Assembly (NCBI GenBank): GCA_951406725.2 | Contig: OX597818.1 | Coordinates: 23,994,001-24,058,000, forward strand | Source of the DNA: Octopus vulgaris | Taxonomy: Eukaryota | Reading direction: 5' to 3' | Length of the DNA: 64,000 nucleotides | In this document: in pieces, positions 35,744-50,687 of the stretch | Layout of the letters: every line of letters begins with the position of its first letter | How positions within the stretch are numbered: position 1 is the first letter of the stretch | Translations under genes and position numbers: made by a program | Notes under the pieces: generated by a model | Databases searched by the model: none | Told to the model about the DNA's origin: nothing | What the model saw: only the letters and a program-made list of their open reading frames with translations

Positions 35744-38700
35744 TTGCACCCCCCCCCCCCCAACATCGCTTGTTTGCATCCCCGTAACTTAGCGGTTCGG
35801 CAAAAGAGACTGATTGCTCGACTAAAGGCAGTGCTCCAGCAGAGCCGCAGTCAAATGACTGAAACAAGTAAAAGAATAAAAAAGTATATATATATATATA
35901 TATACACACACACATATATCTATTTGTGTGTGCGGTGCAGGGAGAAAGATGCAGGATTTTTTTTTTTTTTTGGTGTTGCCCAAAAGTTTCGAAAAAATTG
36001 CTATATAAGGTTGAATCGCAATTCGTAACAAATGGATACATTTTTATTTATTCTAACTTTCTTGTAGCAGACCATATGTATATGAAGCAGTAATGTTGTG
36101 AAACTGCTGGAAATAAAATAACAATGTGTTTGGCCCCTTGTGGGTAGTAAAGAAATAGTTATACTTGCCGTGATATAAGCGCAGTGAGTATTGATTTACC
36201 TATGGAAAGTAGTAGCAAACTACACTTGTGTATCATAACTTAATAACATGGTCACTTTATAATCCAAGTTAAGGAAAATAACAAAACCATCATTAAAGTT
36301 CAAGCTTGTATTTTCAAAATTTAATCTTTCTTAAACCTTGGTCCTGAGTTTTTGGTGTTGGCACAGCTAGAAAGGTTGTTGCTTGGGAAACTGGGGCAAC
36401 ACCCCCAGCATCCGTCACTGGTGTGTGTGTGTGTGTGTGTTTATCTCCCACCACCGCTTGACAACCAGTGTTGGTTTGTTTACGTCCTGGTAACGTAACA
36501 GCTTGGCAAAAGGGACCGATAGAATATGTATCAGGCTTTTAAAAATTAAATACAGGAGTTGATTTGTTCCTCTAAACCCTTCTAGGTGGTGCCTCAGCAT
36601 GGCCGCAGTCCAATGACTGAAGCAAGTAATAGGAAAAAGATAGAAGATAAAATTTCCCTCTATTTGCCAGGAAAATGGGGGGGAAAATAATATTAGTACT
36701 TGAATAATTATATTTTTCTCTCACTACGTACTTATCCATACTTACTTTTCAATGTATCAGATAAGTTTCATCTACTTCCCTATTATCTATTACATAGTTG
36801 GTGTTTCAAAATGATGTTTTAATTTTTTTTTATGTCCAACTTTCACTGAATCCAGAGATATGTAAGTGCTTAAGCTATTATGTACAAATAAAAAGAAATA
36901 TAAATGACTAGCTTAAAAGCCACACTCCATGTAGACTTTTGAACTAACTCTTGTGCAAGGATGTAAACACACCAACATCGATTGTCAAGCAATGGTGGGG
37001 GGGGGGACAAACGCATACATAAATACGATGGGCTTCTTTCAGTTTCCATCTACCAAATCCACTCAGAAGGCTTTGGTCAGCCCGAGGCTATAGCAGAATA
37101 CACTTGCCCAAGGTGCCACACAGTGGGACTGAACCTGGAAACATGTGGTTGGGAAACAAGCTTCTTACTACACAGCTATGCCTGTGCTGATATTAATTTA
37201 TTTTTAATTTAAAAATTTTTTTTAGAAATTTTGAATTGAATTTTTTCTAGAATGCCAAATACAGCCTTATCCATCCTCTTATACAGATGCACAATATGTA
37301 AAAGCATGTGCATATATTGTAATAGGCAAGAATCATGTAATATAGGTGCCAAAACTACCAGATCATGTGATTTCAGCATAGTGGTAGGTGCCCAGTCACT
37401 GCACAGCAGCCAAATCTCACTGCCAATGATATATAGAATAACAGTGTCTTTTCAGATACTGATATCATATATAGCCAGCAGGTTTATTAGAAAATAAATA
37501 TTAGCAACAGAAGCAGTATTAATACCAAAAGCGATCTTTATGTCCTCTGGCACCCATGTCTGATGATTTTTTTTGTATGCTACAATATATCATCATCATC
37601 ATCATCATCATTTAATGTCCGCTTTCCATGTTAGCATGGGTTGGATGATTTGACTGAGGACTGGCGAACCAGATGGCTGCGCCAGGCTCCAATCTGATCT
37701 GGCAGAGTTTCTACAGCTGGATGCCCATCCTAACGCCAACCACTGCGAGAGTGTAGTGGGTGCTTTTTACATGCCACCGGCACGAGGGCCAGTCTGGCGG
37801 TACTGGCAACGGCCACGCTCGAAATGGTGTTTTTTACGTACCGTGCTTTTAAGCACTGTGAGTCTAAAGGAGAGGACCTCGCAGAACAAATAACACAATA
37901 TTTGGCATTCTAAAAATACATCCACATTAAGTTGGATATAAAGATTGCCCTTCAGCACTAATTCTGCTTCCACCACTAATATTTATTTTCTAATAAACCT
38001 GCTGGATATTTGTGACACACCTACACAAGGGTGCATCCCCAACCCAACTTTGTTTCATCATAGCTTTCAGAAAACACATCTTCACAGTTCACATCAACAT
38101 CATTACTAGATAATAATGCTAAACAAGTAATCTTAGAAACTTAATTATTGATTTCTTAACTTAAGAACACAGCCACAAATTTACAAAGGATTGAAAGGCA
38201 GTGATATTTACAGTTTTCTTTTGGGAACTGGTGGTGGGAGTGAAGTGAATAATCTTCAACCAGAAATCGACAAATCATACTGTCAATTCATAGGATATAT
38301 TTTTTTATGGTTGACTGGTTTTCCTTCCTTGTTGGCTAACTGTGCTTCATGCTCTTCTGAATGCATCCTTTTCATATTGCTTAGCATTATATCACAAATT
38401 TAATAATTCAAAACAAAGCCTATTTAAAAATGATAAAGAACATAGAACTTTATTTATTCAAAGTGATCTTTTAATCTTCCATTTTTCTCTATGATTAGCA
38501 GAGAAAGGCAATTATAAATACTGAGTAGGTACACAAAAAAGAATTATCACCATTGTGGTGATGACGGTGGGGGTGGCACATTTCAGTCTCACTCTTCAAG
38601 AAAACAAAGGTTAACAATCTTAACTGTTTTGATCACCTGTGTAAAAGGAGGGATTGTAATAGAAATGTGTCTTGTACATCAATATAAATATATAATAGAT

Positions 38701-41700
38701 AGTATGTCTCTATGTACATGTAGAAAACAAATATGTATTTTGGTTTTATGTTTGTGAATATATATATATGTATAAATTATATATAAAAGTGGTTGTGGAC
38801 ACAAGTATTGCACATTGTTCATTGATTGCAGTAGTTTTACATGACACACATGACAAGACCAATGTTATCTTGGTTAGAAAAAAAAAAAGAAAAAGTAATG
38901 GAATTATGTAAAGCAACACAATATCAGAAACTGCTATGCTAATAACAACACTAGAAGCATTACTAAGTTTTAAAAAAAAACAAAAAAAACTAGCAGTAAC
39001 AGTAGTTGTAATTATTAATAAAATTATTAAATAGTATAATTATATAAAATGTGGGCTGAGTAGTTACTGATTTCTTTGGGCTTGACATAAGTAAAACTTT
39101 CTATGTACAGTATAGTGAACTGAATAAGCTACAGTAAAATATCCATCTGATATCCTATCATCACAGCCATAGTTACTGCTCTCAACAATAGTTATATTAA
39201 ATAAACTTGAAAACAACATGGTAAGCTATCTTGCACCAGGCATATTGCTTGTTTTTCATTTCTAATGTGAGAAGCAGTGAGGATAAAGTCATTTATTGTA
39301 CACAAGCCATTTTCCATCATGGTCTGTTTGTGCCTAAATCATCAAACATAGTGCATGAAACTGAGACTACATCTGAGTCTGCAGAACAAATGCTTACCTA
39401 ATGTTCCTGTAGCATTAAATAGATGACAAACAAATCTTCTGATACCAACTGGGAATTCACAGTCATGAATAACTATTCTTAAAACAAACCTGGTATCTGT
39501 ATGCTCAGGAATGAGAGCTGAAGTAATGTAGAATAAATAGGTAATATATCAACACACAAACATGTACTTTGATATTTTATTCTTTTACCACTTTACCTCT
39601 GCATAATGATGTAAATAAACGATAAAGATTTTTCATTACAAGATGAAGCTTAGGTGGAATGCAGTGTCTTATTCTATACAATGCAGCATGTTCAACAAAT
39701 ATATGCTCATATCTTGGGAATAAACCAATACTTATACTTCTTTAATGAGCCTTAAGAGGCCGAATTCTTTGAAGGTAAAGTTGTACATAATCAATCAAAG
39801 TAAACTGTTTATTAATGATGTTGATAGCTAACCAGGCATGGAAAATAAAAATCAGCAAAGACAACAGCTGATTTCAGAAAGATGATGCACTAAACTAGAT
39901 ATTAGTAACACAAATTGAGTGACTACCAAATTCAGAGGTCACATAAGTAATTAATTAAGTACTTGTGTTAGCAACAATGATGATAACTTTGACATAAATG
40001 AATAAAAATACTTAAAGCAACAAGAAGAAATCTGTAAGAGTAGCAACAATAGTAAAACAATGTATCCCTGAGCTTCAAGGGGCTTAGAAAGATGGTGTGT
40101 AGCTCCAATTTCTTTTGTGTAATGTAGATGAAAAGAACCTATTCTTAGAAGGGATGTCAGTTTATATCATGAGTGAAATTTTCAAAAGATCTGATACTCA
40201 TTCCCAATAACCTCATGAATTGAGGCAAGTTGAATTAAGAGTACTACCTAGAGAAACAATACATTTGTGGCAGGCATAAACTCATTACCTACATGCTAGG
40301 AGTCTAATACTTTATCCATTCGGACATTTCACTTCCAATATTTGTATTAGTAGTTGCAGTAAATGAATACTTAACATCTCCACATGTCTCAACAAGTTTA
40401 TTAACTTGATATCTGGAAAACTGTGATAAGTAGAGGAAAATATAATCAATTACCTGGATAAAATATTAGTTTTAACATAAGTGATTTTCGCAAAAGATCT
40501 GGTGCCTGTTGCCAAGAGCAAGGTGAACTGAAATACATATATATATATGTGTGTGTGTATATATATATCATCATCATCCTCGTCATCATTTAACGTCTGC
40601 TTTCCATGCTAGCATGGGTTGGACAAATGACTGAAGGCTGGCGAACCAGATGGCTGCACCAGGCTTCAATCTTGATCTGGCAGAGCTTCTAAAAGCTGGA
40701 TGCCCTTCCTAATGCCAACCACTCTGAGAGTGTAGTGGGGGTAAAAGTACTAACATTTCCACTTTCCTCAATAGCATTTACAACAGGAACTGGCTGTATC
40801 TAAATACTGATATCAAATTATGAACTTAAATCACAGGTAGAATTACCTCTACTGCATGGCTCATTTTTAGTAAAGTTCTAATAATATTGATTACTAACAA
40901 TGGTACAAGGCCACTAATTATGTTAGGGCTCAATCAATTACATTAATTTCTGAACTAATTTTATCAACAATGGAAGGATAGAAGGTAAAGGTGACTCCAG
41001 TATGATTTGAGTGTAAAGGGACATTGTTAAATTACCTCAAAGCATTTTGGTTATGCTCTTCCAATTTTACTGCCCATCATCCCCTTATATATAAAATTAA
41101 AATGAGTTCTTATATAAGCACAAGGCTTCATTTTATAGTGGGGAGAAAATGCAAAACTGTGTACTGCATGTCTTTATCAAAGACAATTATGATATAAGAA
41201 GAGTAATCAGCTTCAACTGGAAACTGAAACCAGGTTTTAGCCTTGGCTTACATGGAGTTTGCTCTATAACATTTGTCACAACCTCATTAATAATTTCTAC
41301 TGGCACAAAATCACAAGTTTGTAGAGGAAGAATGTAGTAAATTGAACCAATCCCAGCTCATGCCTGATATTCATTTTGTACACTCTGGAGGGATGAAAGA
41401 CAAAGAAAATACTTGTGAGTTGTGAATTCAGAATATAGAGGAACAAAGCTAAATACACAATAGGCATCTGGTCTGCAAATTTACTTTTTCTTATCTTCCT
41501 TTTAATATTGATTTTTCCCTCAGAGGTCTTCATTTTTTTCTTATATTAGTTGAGAAGCTAGAGCATCAAACCATGGTAGGCTTATAGCTAGTAATGATAT
41601 TCATAGAACATATGACAGCTTGACAATAATGCTTAAGGTCTAGTGAGTAAAAACAATAGAAAAGCAGAAGTACAGAACTGTGAATGAGTGTGTGTGTGAA

Positions 41701-42182
41701 TGTATACATGTCTAACAGAGAGATGAGAATCTGTATATGTATGTGTGCATGTTTGTGAAAGAAAAAGTTAAACATCAACAAAACGGTGAGAGTAATAGAA
41801 TAAGGAATAGACAAGTACACAAAAGAGTGAGAGAGAGAGAGAGGTGTATGGGAGAGAGAATGTTAGAGACAAACAGACACATTAAGAAACAGAGAAAAGG
41901 ATGGAAGAAGGGCAGTCGTTTTGGTCATGAAGCAACATAAACAAAACTACTGGTTTCAACAAGACATTTGGACAGATATACAACATCTGTCAGAAATACA
42001 AAACGCATAGATGCAGAGCTAAAACAATCCCACAAAACAGCCAGATAGAATATTAGTAAGACTCAGATCAGTAGCATACAGATAAATATTTAAACAGACA
42101 CTCAATAAACTTGCAGATAGGGAATTTTTTCAAAGAGAAAAGAAAGTGCCCCGCTATCATTTTGACAAACTGTCTGACTGGC

Positions 42183-44226
42183 TCAATTAAAGTTGAAGTT
42201 ATTCCAAGTCCTAGCCAGAGCCAAAGTTGCATTAGTCATACTGACAGAAACAGGAGATGTAGTCAAGGAAGAACTTATGGCTTGGTGAGAAGTGGTCAGT
42301 GTTTGACCAGTATCTGCAGCAGGAAGTGAAGCAATAGTTTGTACAGTCTGTTGTTGTTGTTGACTGGCAGCAGCAGCAGCTGCCAGTTGAGTATGCACCA
42401 GATTCTGTCCAAGGTGACTGAGTTCAATTGTTGTTGTTGGCTGACCACCAACAACGGACACTGTGCCAATTTGTGCTGGTTGAATTTGAACCATTGCTGT
42501 ATGACCTGTAGGGTTAGCTGTATTAGTAACTCTAGCCACTGAGTATTCCCCTGAAGGCTGGTAATCATGAGATAATGTTTGTGTCAGCTCAGTCATAGCT
42601 TGGGTGAGGAGATCAGCCTGTTGATATTGGTCAGAGATAGCTTGTGTTGAAACGGGACCATGCACCTCAGCTATAAATTCCTCCTCAGTAACACCATGGG
42701 AATTGTCAGACAACATTGCAGCTGTGTGTTCTTCTTTCACTCGTTTGACAGATGATTGTGGAGGTGACATTTCAGGATGCTTTTTCCTGTGATGTTGCAT
42801 CAACTTTGCCTTGCTGGCATACTGCTTGTGACAGAAATCACACTGATGTGGCATTGTGGTAATACTCCCCACCATTTGGGAGTATGTTGGGTTTGGATGA
42901 CCTGGAACTTCATGGATTTGGGACTTCTTCCGACTGCTCATTGGTAGTTCAGATCCAGGATGGTTCTTTAATATATGAGCTTTTCGCTTTGAGCTGGATT
43001 TGTAGACTTTTTCACAGTACTGACAATAATAATCTCTCTGAGTTTTCAATATAGGAAGCTTCAATTCAGGCACAGTATCTGGTTTTATGTCAGGATGTCT
43101 TTTGGCCAAATGGTTAACCAGCATACCCCGCCGTTTGAAACCAAGGAGACATGTGTGACATTTGTATATAAAACGGTGATAATCATTAGGTGATACTTTG
43201 GGGATGAATTTTTTATGGTTGACTGGTTTTTCTTCCTTGTTTGCTAATCGTGCTTCACGCTCTTCTGAATGCATCCTTTTCATATGTTCTTTTAATTTGT
43301 CCTTTCTCTTGAACTGGCGACCACAGCTTTCACACATAAACTCCCGGTGAGAGGAATGTCGTAACATGTGCAATTTCAGCTTATCCGGCCGTGGAAATAG
43401 CTTATCACATTCAGGGCAGGGATATTTTATTGCTGAATGGAATGCACGCATGTGCTTTCGAATAGTAACAAATTCATCAAATACCCGGGTACATATGGGA
43501 CAGTTATATTTACCATTGGCATCTTCATGTTCAGTCACATGACTCTTTAATGAACCTACTTGGTCAAAGTCTGAATGACAGAGTGGACACTCATAATATT
43601 TTTTATCACTATGTGTCTTCATGTGGCAGGACAATGCAGAGTTATTCATGAAGCGCTTAAAACACACTTGACATTGAAGTGGTTTAGAATTCTCATCACC
43701 ATGACACAAAAGGTGTTTCTGAAGGCGTTCATAGTTACTAAAAGCTTTCCAACATTTCTGACATTTATGTGGTCGTTGAGGATTGTGCAACATCTTGCGT
43801 TTAGTTTTGCCATGTACACTAGCATGTTCTATAAGGTCTTGTTGTTTTTGGAAGGATAAAAAACATACTGGACATGCCAAAACATCTGAGTCTAAAGTAA
43901 TGACACTATCAGACTCTTCCAAAGAAGCAACTTCATTGCTGGCATCACCATTGGTAATCTGTTGTAGTTGGCTGGCATTTGCTAGCACTGGTTTTGCTTC
44001 ATTGGGATCACAAGCAAGCCTTTTCACTTCATCTAAGCCAACATCTTCAGCAGCATGGGTGAGTGTGTGTAAGTTCAGCAAGTTTGAATTGTCAAATGTC
44101 AGGTCACAATGTGTACACACCCATTCATTTCCACCAGATACTTTGCCTTTCTTACGATACAGAGATTTTAATGATCGACGTCTAAGGGCCTCATGATCCA
44201 ATCTGCGATGATATTTCTTCAGTGTT
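42183..44226 (-). CDS. PRDM10: PRDM10 last coding exon: C2H2 zinc-finger array and Gln-rich tail
   Basis: 672-aa ORF with many C2H2 fingers (QFKRKDKLKEHM, GFKRRGMLVNHL, QYASKAKL) and DLLTQAMTELTQTL, characteristic of PRDM10. Acceptor ttgcag precedes 44226. Confidence 0.95.
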
Positions 44227-45994
44227 CTGCAAAAAAAAAAAACATTTGCATATTAATAAGTGTGTATGTGTGTGGGTGTGTCTATGTGTGTGAATAATCT
44301 ATTATCCTTATAAAAAGCAAAGTTTGTTTGTTTGTATGTTGACAACTGAAAACACTAAACAAAATTGATAATATTTCAGGTTTTTCCTTTCATTTAAATT
44401 AATTTGATCATTCTGCAGATAACTGTGCACTTATCTTCCAAAAACAGAATGGAGAGGGCTGATTTGGTGGCGTATTGGCTCCTATTTTTAGCAATTCATG
44501 TACTGTCTATTTCACCATAATGCATTATACAGAGTGAAAAAATACATGAATCCACCTCAAAGTTTATACATTACAGTTATTCCTTTGAAGTTGCTGTCAG
44601 ACCTCTGCCTTCTCTCTGTCTATATGCCTCTCTCTCTATGTCTCTATCTCTCGTACCTCTACCTCTTTTTCTCTCTAGAGAAAAACACGTGAGAGAGAGA
44701 GCGAGAGAGAGAGAGAGAAAGGGTGCTCCACAGAAAAACTGTTTTCCCTTTGTCTAAATGTCCCTCTCTATGTCTCTATCTCTCTCACTACCTCTACCTC
44801 TTTTTCTCTCTAGAGAAAAAATACATGAGACAAATAGAAAGGCAGTTAGGAAGAAAAAACAAGTGAGACAGACGACATACATCGCAGTAAGTTGTGGTTG
44901 TGTTGGTAGTAGTGGTGACAATATAGATTAATAGGTATTAGTGAGTGTGGTGGTAGTATTGGTAGCACAATTTAGATATTCTAAATAAATGTTAAAAGTT
45001 ATGTTATGTAATAATGAAATACCTTTAAACAACTTTTATTGTAAGGAAATTGGGCATTACGATAGATGCCAATATGTGCCTTACGAATACATTTGAGTAC
45101 TGTACAGACTGGGCTGAAGGCTGGGAGGCCTGCTAGCACAGTATAAAAGTACTTAAGAGCCATAGATATAATCTTTGTAAATTTATCAAGTATAGGAAAG
45201 TACCTTTGAAGTAACAAAGTTAAAATACAGAAAAAGAAAAATTTAAACTGGCTTCATATGAACCAAAACATGGTAAAACAAAACAACAGCAACACAAACA
45301 ATTTGTTTCTTCTTACCAATCATCAGAGAAACTAATCAAGAGGCTCAAAAAAACATTTCATTTATAGCTTAGTAAGAGGAAATAGATTAGTAATTATGAC
45401 CTTTTTGCGAGGCCTCCAAGATTAGTGGAGAGAAAGAAAGATCTTGAAACTGAGTCTGAAGGCTTGAAATGGAGAACATTTTTATAAACAAACACTGAAG
45501 TGTTGAGTTATTGGTATTTTAGAAATGAAGGAAATCTCAAGTGCAGGAGATAGCTGTGAAAACAACTTAGAGGATTCGGCAAAATATCCTAACAGATGGA
45601 TCCTCTTAGCTGTCTTCACAGTTATTCTCCTATGTTTGAGATTTCCTTAATTTCTTATAACGCAAAGAGCCAGTTGGTGGTTAAGCCTACCACCTTGGGA
45701 ATTTGGGAATATTGCAATAAATCAAATAGGTAAAAGGGAACTAGCAATCAACTCAGATAAGACTATATATAAATGCCAGCAGTCAATATATTGAGGAGGA
45801 TCACAGCTGATACAGCACAGACATGGTTCTTGGGCCAGAATTAACAAAGTTGAGAAAATGCAGATTGCGAGATTAATTGGGTAACAAATATTTATGGAAT
45901 TTCATTTCAATGTAAATCTTCCAACAGCATATGTGAAGATTTGCAATAAATTCATGAAAGCAAGGAAATGACTGAGTAGAAACTAGTAACTTAC

Positions 45995-46059
45995 TTGTTT
46001 AGATAGAATGTAGAAGATTTCTTTTTCCAAGGATAATTACAGATTTCTCCATTGGCAGA
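45995..46059 (-). CDS. PRDM10: PRDM10 small exon (65 nt)
   Basis: ttcaag|TCT...AA|gtaag; SANGEICNYPWKKKSSTFYLN. It bridges phase 0 to the phase 2 required by the last exon. Confidence 0.75.
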
Positions 46060-46401
46060 CTTGAAAAATAAAAATTTTTATGATGCATTATTTATGATAA
46101 ATTTAAATGTACTAGTTTGCTTATAAAAGCCATTAAAATAATAAATAATTATATTATTGGCATAGCTTAAGTAAACACTTATGGAGTAGAAAATTTCCCC
46201 AACTTTTGCCAAGGAATAAAGATTTATAATATCAAAACTAATAAGGATATAATCTTGTTTTAATAAATATTTACAGTGATCCTAGTTGAAATAATGGTAA
46301 ATTTTTTCTGATAAATTCACCTATCATATACAACTTGCTGTAGTCTCTATAAAAATAGTTTATAGAGCAATAATAGAGAAATAATTAAGATATTCTTTCT
46401 G

Positions 46402-47691
46402 TCAGGTCATCCCATAAGTTCTGTCCGAATTTTGAATAAAGAAAACAAGTGATCAAATGTTATATTCAATTGAAATTTAATCATCAATGTACTTTCCCTG
46501 ATTATCTATGATTTCCTTCCATCTATTTATAAGCTTTTTAATCCCATCAATGTAAAACTTTTTTGATTACAAAGCGAACAACTCTGAAATGTCAGTTTCG
46601 ACCTCCCCCTGGCTTGCGAAAGTTATGTCCCCCAAATGATTTTGTAAACTACGAAACAAATGGTAGTCTGAAGGAGCAAGGTCGGGAGAATAGGGTGGAT
46701 GAGAAATTTTTTTCCAAACCAAGCTCTTGGATCTTCTGTGATGTGATCTTTGCAGTGTGGGATCGCGCATTGTCCTGATGAAACATCACTCTTTTTCAAA
46801 TCACTAAAACAGGTCTTTTTTTCTTCAAAGCTTGGTTCAAATGCTCTAATTGCTGACAGTAGACTTGAGCATTGATTGTTGCATTAGGTGGTAACAATTC
46901 AAGGTGAATTACTTCTTTGCAATCCCACTAGATAGAGAGAAGAACCTTTTTCCCATAAAGTTCCCTTCTCGGTTGTGGTTGAGCTTTTTCCCTTTTACCA
47001 AGGCACTGTTTACGATGTTTAACATTTCGATAGAAGATCCATTTTTTATCACCAGTCACAAGTTTATCCAAAATGGATGAAATGAGTTCGCAGGAATATA
47101 GAGAAGAGTAGATGTCAACTTGGGATTTGTGGTTGCTTTCAGACAATTCAAGAGGCACCCATTTTCCAAGTTTAGGAACCTTTCCAAGTTGTTGAAGATG
47201 ACAATGAACAGTTATATGGTTTGAACTAATCTTTCTGGCCAATTCTTCAACTGATAATGCAGGATTTTCTTCAAGTAAGGCCTCAAGGAGCTTATCATCA
47301 AACTCAACTGGATGTCCTATTTGATCTTCACCTTCAAGGCTGAAATCTCCACTTTTGAATTTTGCAAACCATCTTCCGCAAGTTCTTTCATTCAAGCATT
47401 CTTTCCCATAAACTGAGTGTATGTTTCGAGTTGCTTCGGCTGCAGAGTTTCCCTTTTTGTACTCATAAACAAGATGTGCCTCAAAAATGCTCTTTGGATA
47501 CTTCTATGTTAGAAAGGGTTTTAATCAAAGAAATTTTAATTCTATTATTCTGTAATATAATATTTAATTAGTTTAAACGTACACAAATGCATAAAAGCAA
47601 TTTTTAATTCCATTAGACATTCTAAAATACTATTAAATTTCATTCAATTTTAAAAAAGGTAAAATCGGACAGAACTTATGGGATGACCTGA
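46402..47691 (-). mobile_element. Full-length defective mariner (DD34D), ~1.29 kb
   Basis: TIR tcaggtcatcccataagttctgtccga at both ends, TA at the right end. Motifs WVPLEL, TGDKKW and YSPDLAPSDY; stops and frameshifts present. Confidence 0.95.
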
Positions 47692-48065
47692 TACATTGGG
47701 GATGATATTAATACTATCAATTGTCATTAGAAACAGCATTCAGTTATGATACCATTGAACTAATTACACAATAATATCACGTTTCTGAACAATTGACTGG
47801 CTACAGATCTAATGCAACCATAAAATACAGATATCAAACAGAATAAAGGGTAAGGTTCAAATACATAAAAAAATAAAAATCCATGAATATAATTAGAGAA
47901 GACTGGAGAGAATTAATGGAATCAAATATTATGCAAAAGAATTAAAGAAAGATGACAATGAACAGCCAAATCGAGAAAGGTTAAGAAAAAATTTAGAAAC
48001 AAAATCACTATGATTATAAATAAAAGAGAATAATAGAGAGACAAAAGGATATTGGTTATATTTAC

Positions 48066-48292
48066 CACTTTTGGGTGCCGTCTCTTTCGTTTCAATGTTC
48101 CTGCTTGTAAAGAGAATCCTTTACGTCGGTTCTTCTGCATCATTGCTTCACCTCTAATACTAAAGTCATCATCTTGATGGCGGTTTGATGTATTTTCTTC
48201 ATGAACAACTAAATGTTTCTGAAGTGCAGCTGATGTTTTAAATCGTTTATTACATTCATAACAAGGCCATTTGCGTTCTTGTTCATCCAAGG
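48066..48292 (-). CDS. PRDM10: PRDM10 exon, first C2H2 zinc finger
   Basis: gacag|CC...GTG|gtaaa; EQERKWPCYECNKRFKTSAALQKHLVVH. Confidence 0.92.
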
Positions 48293-50687
48293 CTGTCAAT
48301 TGGATAAATTCAGAATGAATCACATGGAATTCTAATTTACAAAATGGAACAGTTTAAAGTTAACATTACTTTTAACCCTTTAGCATTCAGATTCCTCTGT
48401 TCAAATGTGATGCTTATTTAACCACACTGTTTTTAATTAATCATGCATTAACTCATTAGCTTTCAGATTTCAATGTAGTGATTGTTATTTTTAGAATGAC
48501 ATTGTAGGGTAGGTGTAAGAGATCTGACCTGGTTTGTTTGAATATAAAACAGGTAAATATTTGGGCCAGATTTGGCTAGTTTAAATGCTAAAGGGTTACA
48601 GTTATAAATTCTTTGTATCAGTTATTAAGATATAATAATATTATAATGGCTAGTCTTTAACTAAATCAAACTTGTCCATTTTACATGTCTTCTATCCTCC
48701 TCCAGCACAGCCCCTCAATCTTTCAGTCACATACTAAACTGCCTTCTCGTTTATAATTCATCTTGAAGCATGAACTTTGTATGGATTCAAATTGAACATT
48801 AACTGTATTAACATCAAATAGTTATTTCTACTTTGTAGAAGAGTCTGAGAAGGCTTATCTTCAATTGAATGAGGGCCTGATATGGATAGCGATTCTGCTC
48901 CACTCCCTTAGATAAAATTATACAGAAGTAATTAGTCTTAAAGTTTTATGGCAGTGGTTTTTATCTGGGGTTCATTTAAGATTTTGTTGTTAAAATTTTA
49001 TGTGCAATAAATTGGTTATACATCTCCAATATGCAAAATATTTTAATTTTTTCATTCAATTCCTAATAATATTTAATTATCAAAAAACAGTAAGATTTTC
49101 CTTTTATACACAGCAAATAACTATGGAAGTCCAGTAAAGTAAGAATCAAAGGGGTCTACAGGCAAAAAAATTGTTGCAAACCACTGCTCTGTAGTATACA
49201 ACCTAGTTGCTAGTAAAAAAAAAATACAGTGGAAAAAATTCAGTGTTATGAAATATATAAACTATAAAAAATTCAGTGTTATAAAATATATAAACTATAA
49301 ATAATGACATTGGTGATAATGATGATGATGATATATTTCACAAGTGATTTTATATATTGTAGTACTATAGCGATACATCAGGCAACAATAAACTCATTGT
49401 TTATTATTTCGCTATTTATATTTTCCATACTCTATACTCAAAAACAGAAGGAAATAGAAATAAAAACTCTAGGTTTAATTCTAAAATTGTATAAGAATGA
49501 TTGTATTTTAGAAACAGTTAAATTTCCATCATTATAATTTGCTACTTTAGATATTTTTTACATTTTTATGAGTAGATATTAATATTTTCAGAAATATGAA
49601 TATTAAAAAAAAACAAAAAAAACATAATGACAGCCTCATCAAGACAATTTCAAAATGATTGCTCAACCTTCTAAGATATCAGCTAAATCTACCCCAAATC
49701 ACACCATAGCTTCTTAGAAAAAGCATACAATGGATGATGTAATCTAGATTGCTTTGCTCACAGGTCTTCTAGAGTAAGACTAATTTGGGATCAAACAACA
49801 ACCTATTAAATAATGTTAATCAAATGTAGAATTATTGGTTTGGTTGAAATCCCAAGTAAATTTTAACATTAGTCCATTAAGTTGTACTAATGTGAAATAC
49901 AGGCATCTTCTGGGTCCCCCCCCCCAAGTAATGTTGTTAAGAAGTGTTATAGTATACCGCAGCTTATCCCATTTGTTCCAAAGATTGTTCATCTGTTTGA
50001 AATTCTGACAATAAGAGAACTTGGGATGAGCACTGGAAGCTATTAAGGCACTTGTTCATTATATGGCAGCCTAAAGTGTGAGCTGCATATCTCCATAGTA
50101 CCTACTGTAAATAGATGGACAGATTCAAGAATCCATTGTCTTTGTCAGGAACACATTGCAGGATCAGATGCAGGTATGGACTGCTGACTCTTTTGAAGAG
50201 AGGCTAACAATTCAATCAGCCTAGAAGATTAACTTTCAGCAAGACAATAAGGTTACTTTTGTGTAATTTCAATTCAAGTAATTTTTAACACTTTTCATCT
50301 ATATTTTATGGCAAACTTTTAAATTTATCAATTAAAAAAAAAGAAAAAAAGAAACCATAAATATTTCTGTCTTTATTGTAAACCTTTATATCATTTACAG
50401 CTTGCATTTACTAATAAAATATTTCATACACAATCAATCATCAAATAGTTTATTATTTGCCATCAATGAAATGCGTACAAGAGTATTTAAGGTTATTGAA
50501 TTGAAATAAACAGAAGTTGTGACATTAATGACCTTCTTAAAGTGTATGTACCAAACCAGGAATTAAATCTGAATTGTTAACTTACTCTCTTAGCATTTCA
50601 ACAAGAGCTAAATTCTTATCGATAGCATCCATTAGTTTCTATATAAAACATTTTTTGCATTAAAAACATGAAAATGTGGATAATAAC

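Noticed and set aside
43575-44196. Plus-strand ORFs over PRDM10 (also 57472-57831 and 61858-62079)
   Set aside because: They are antisense shadows of real exons.
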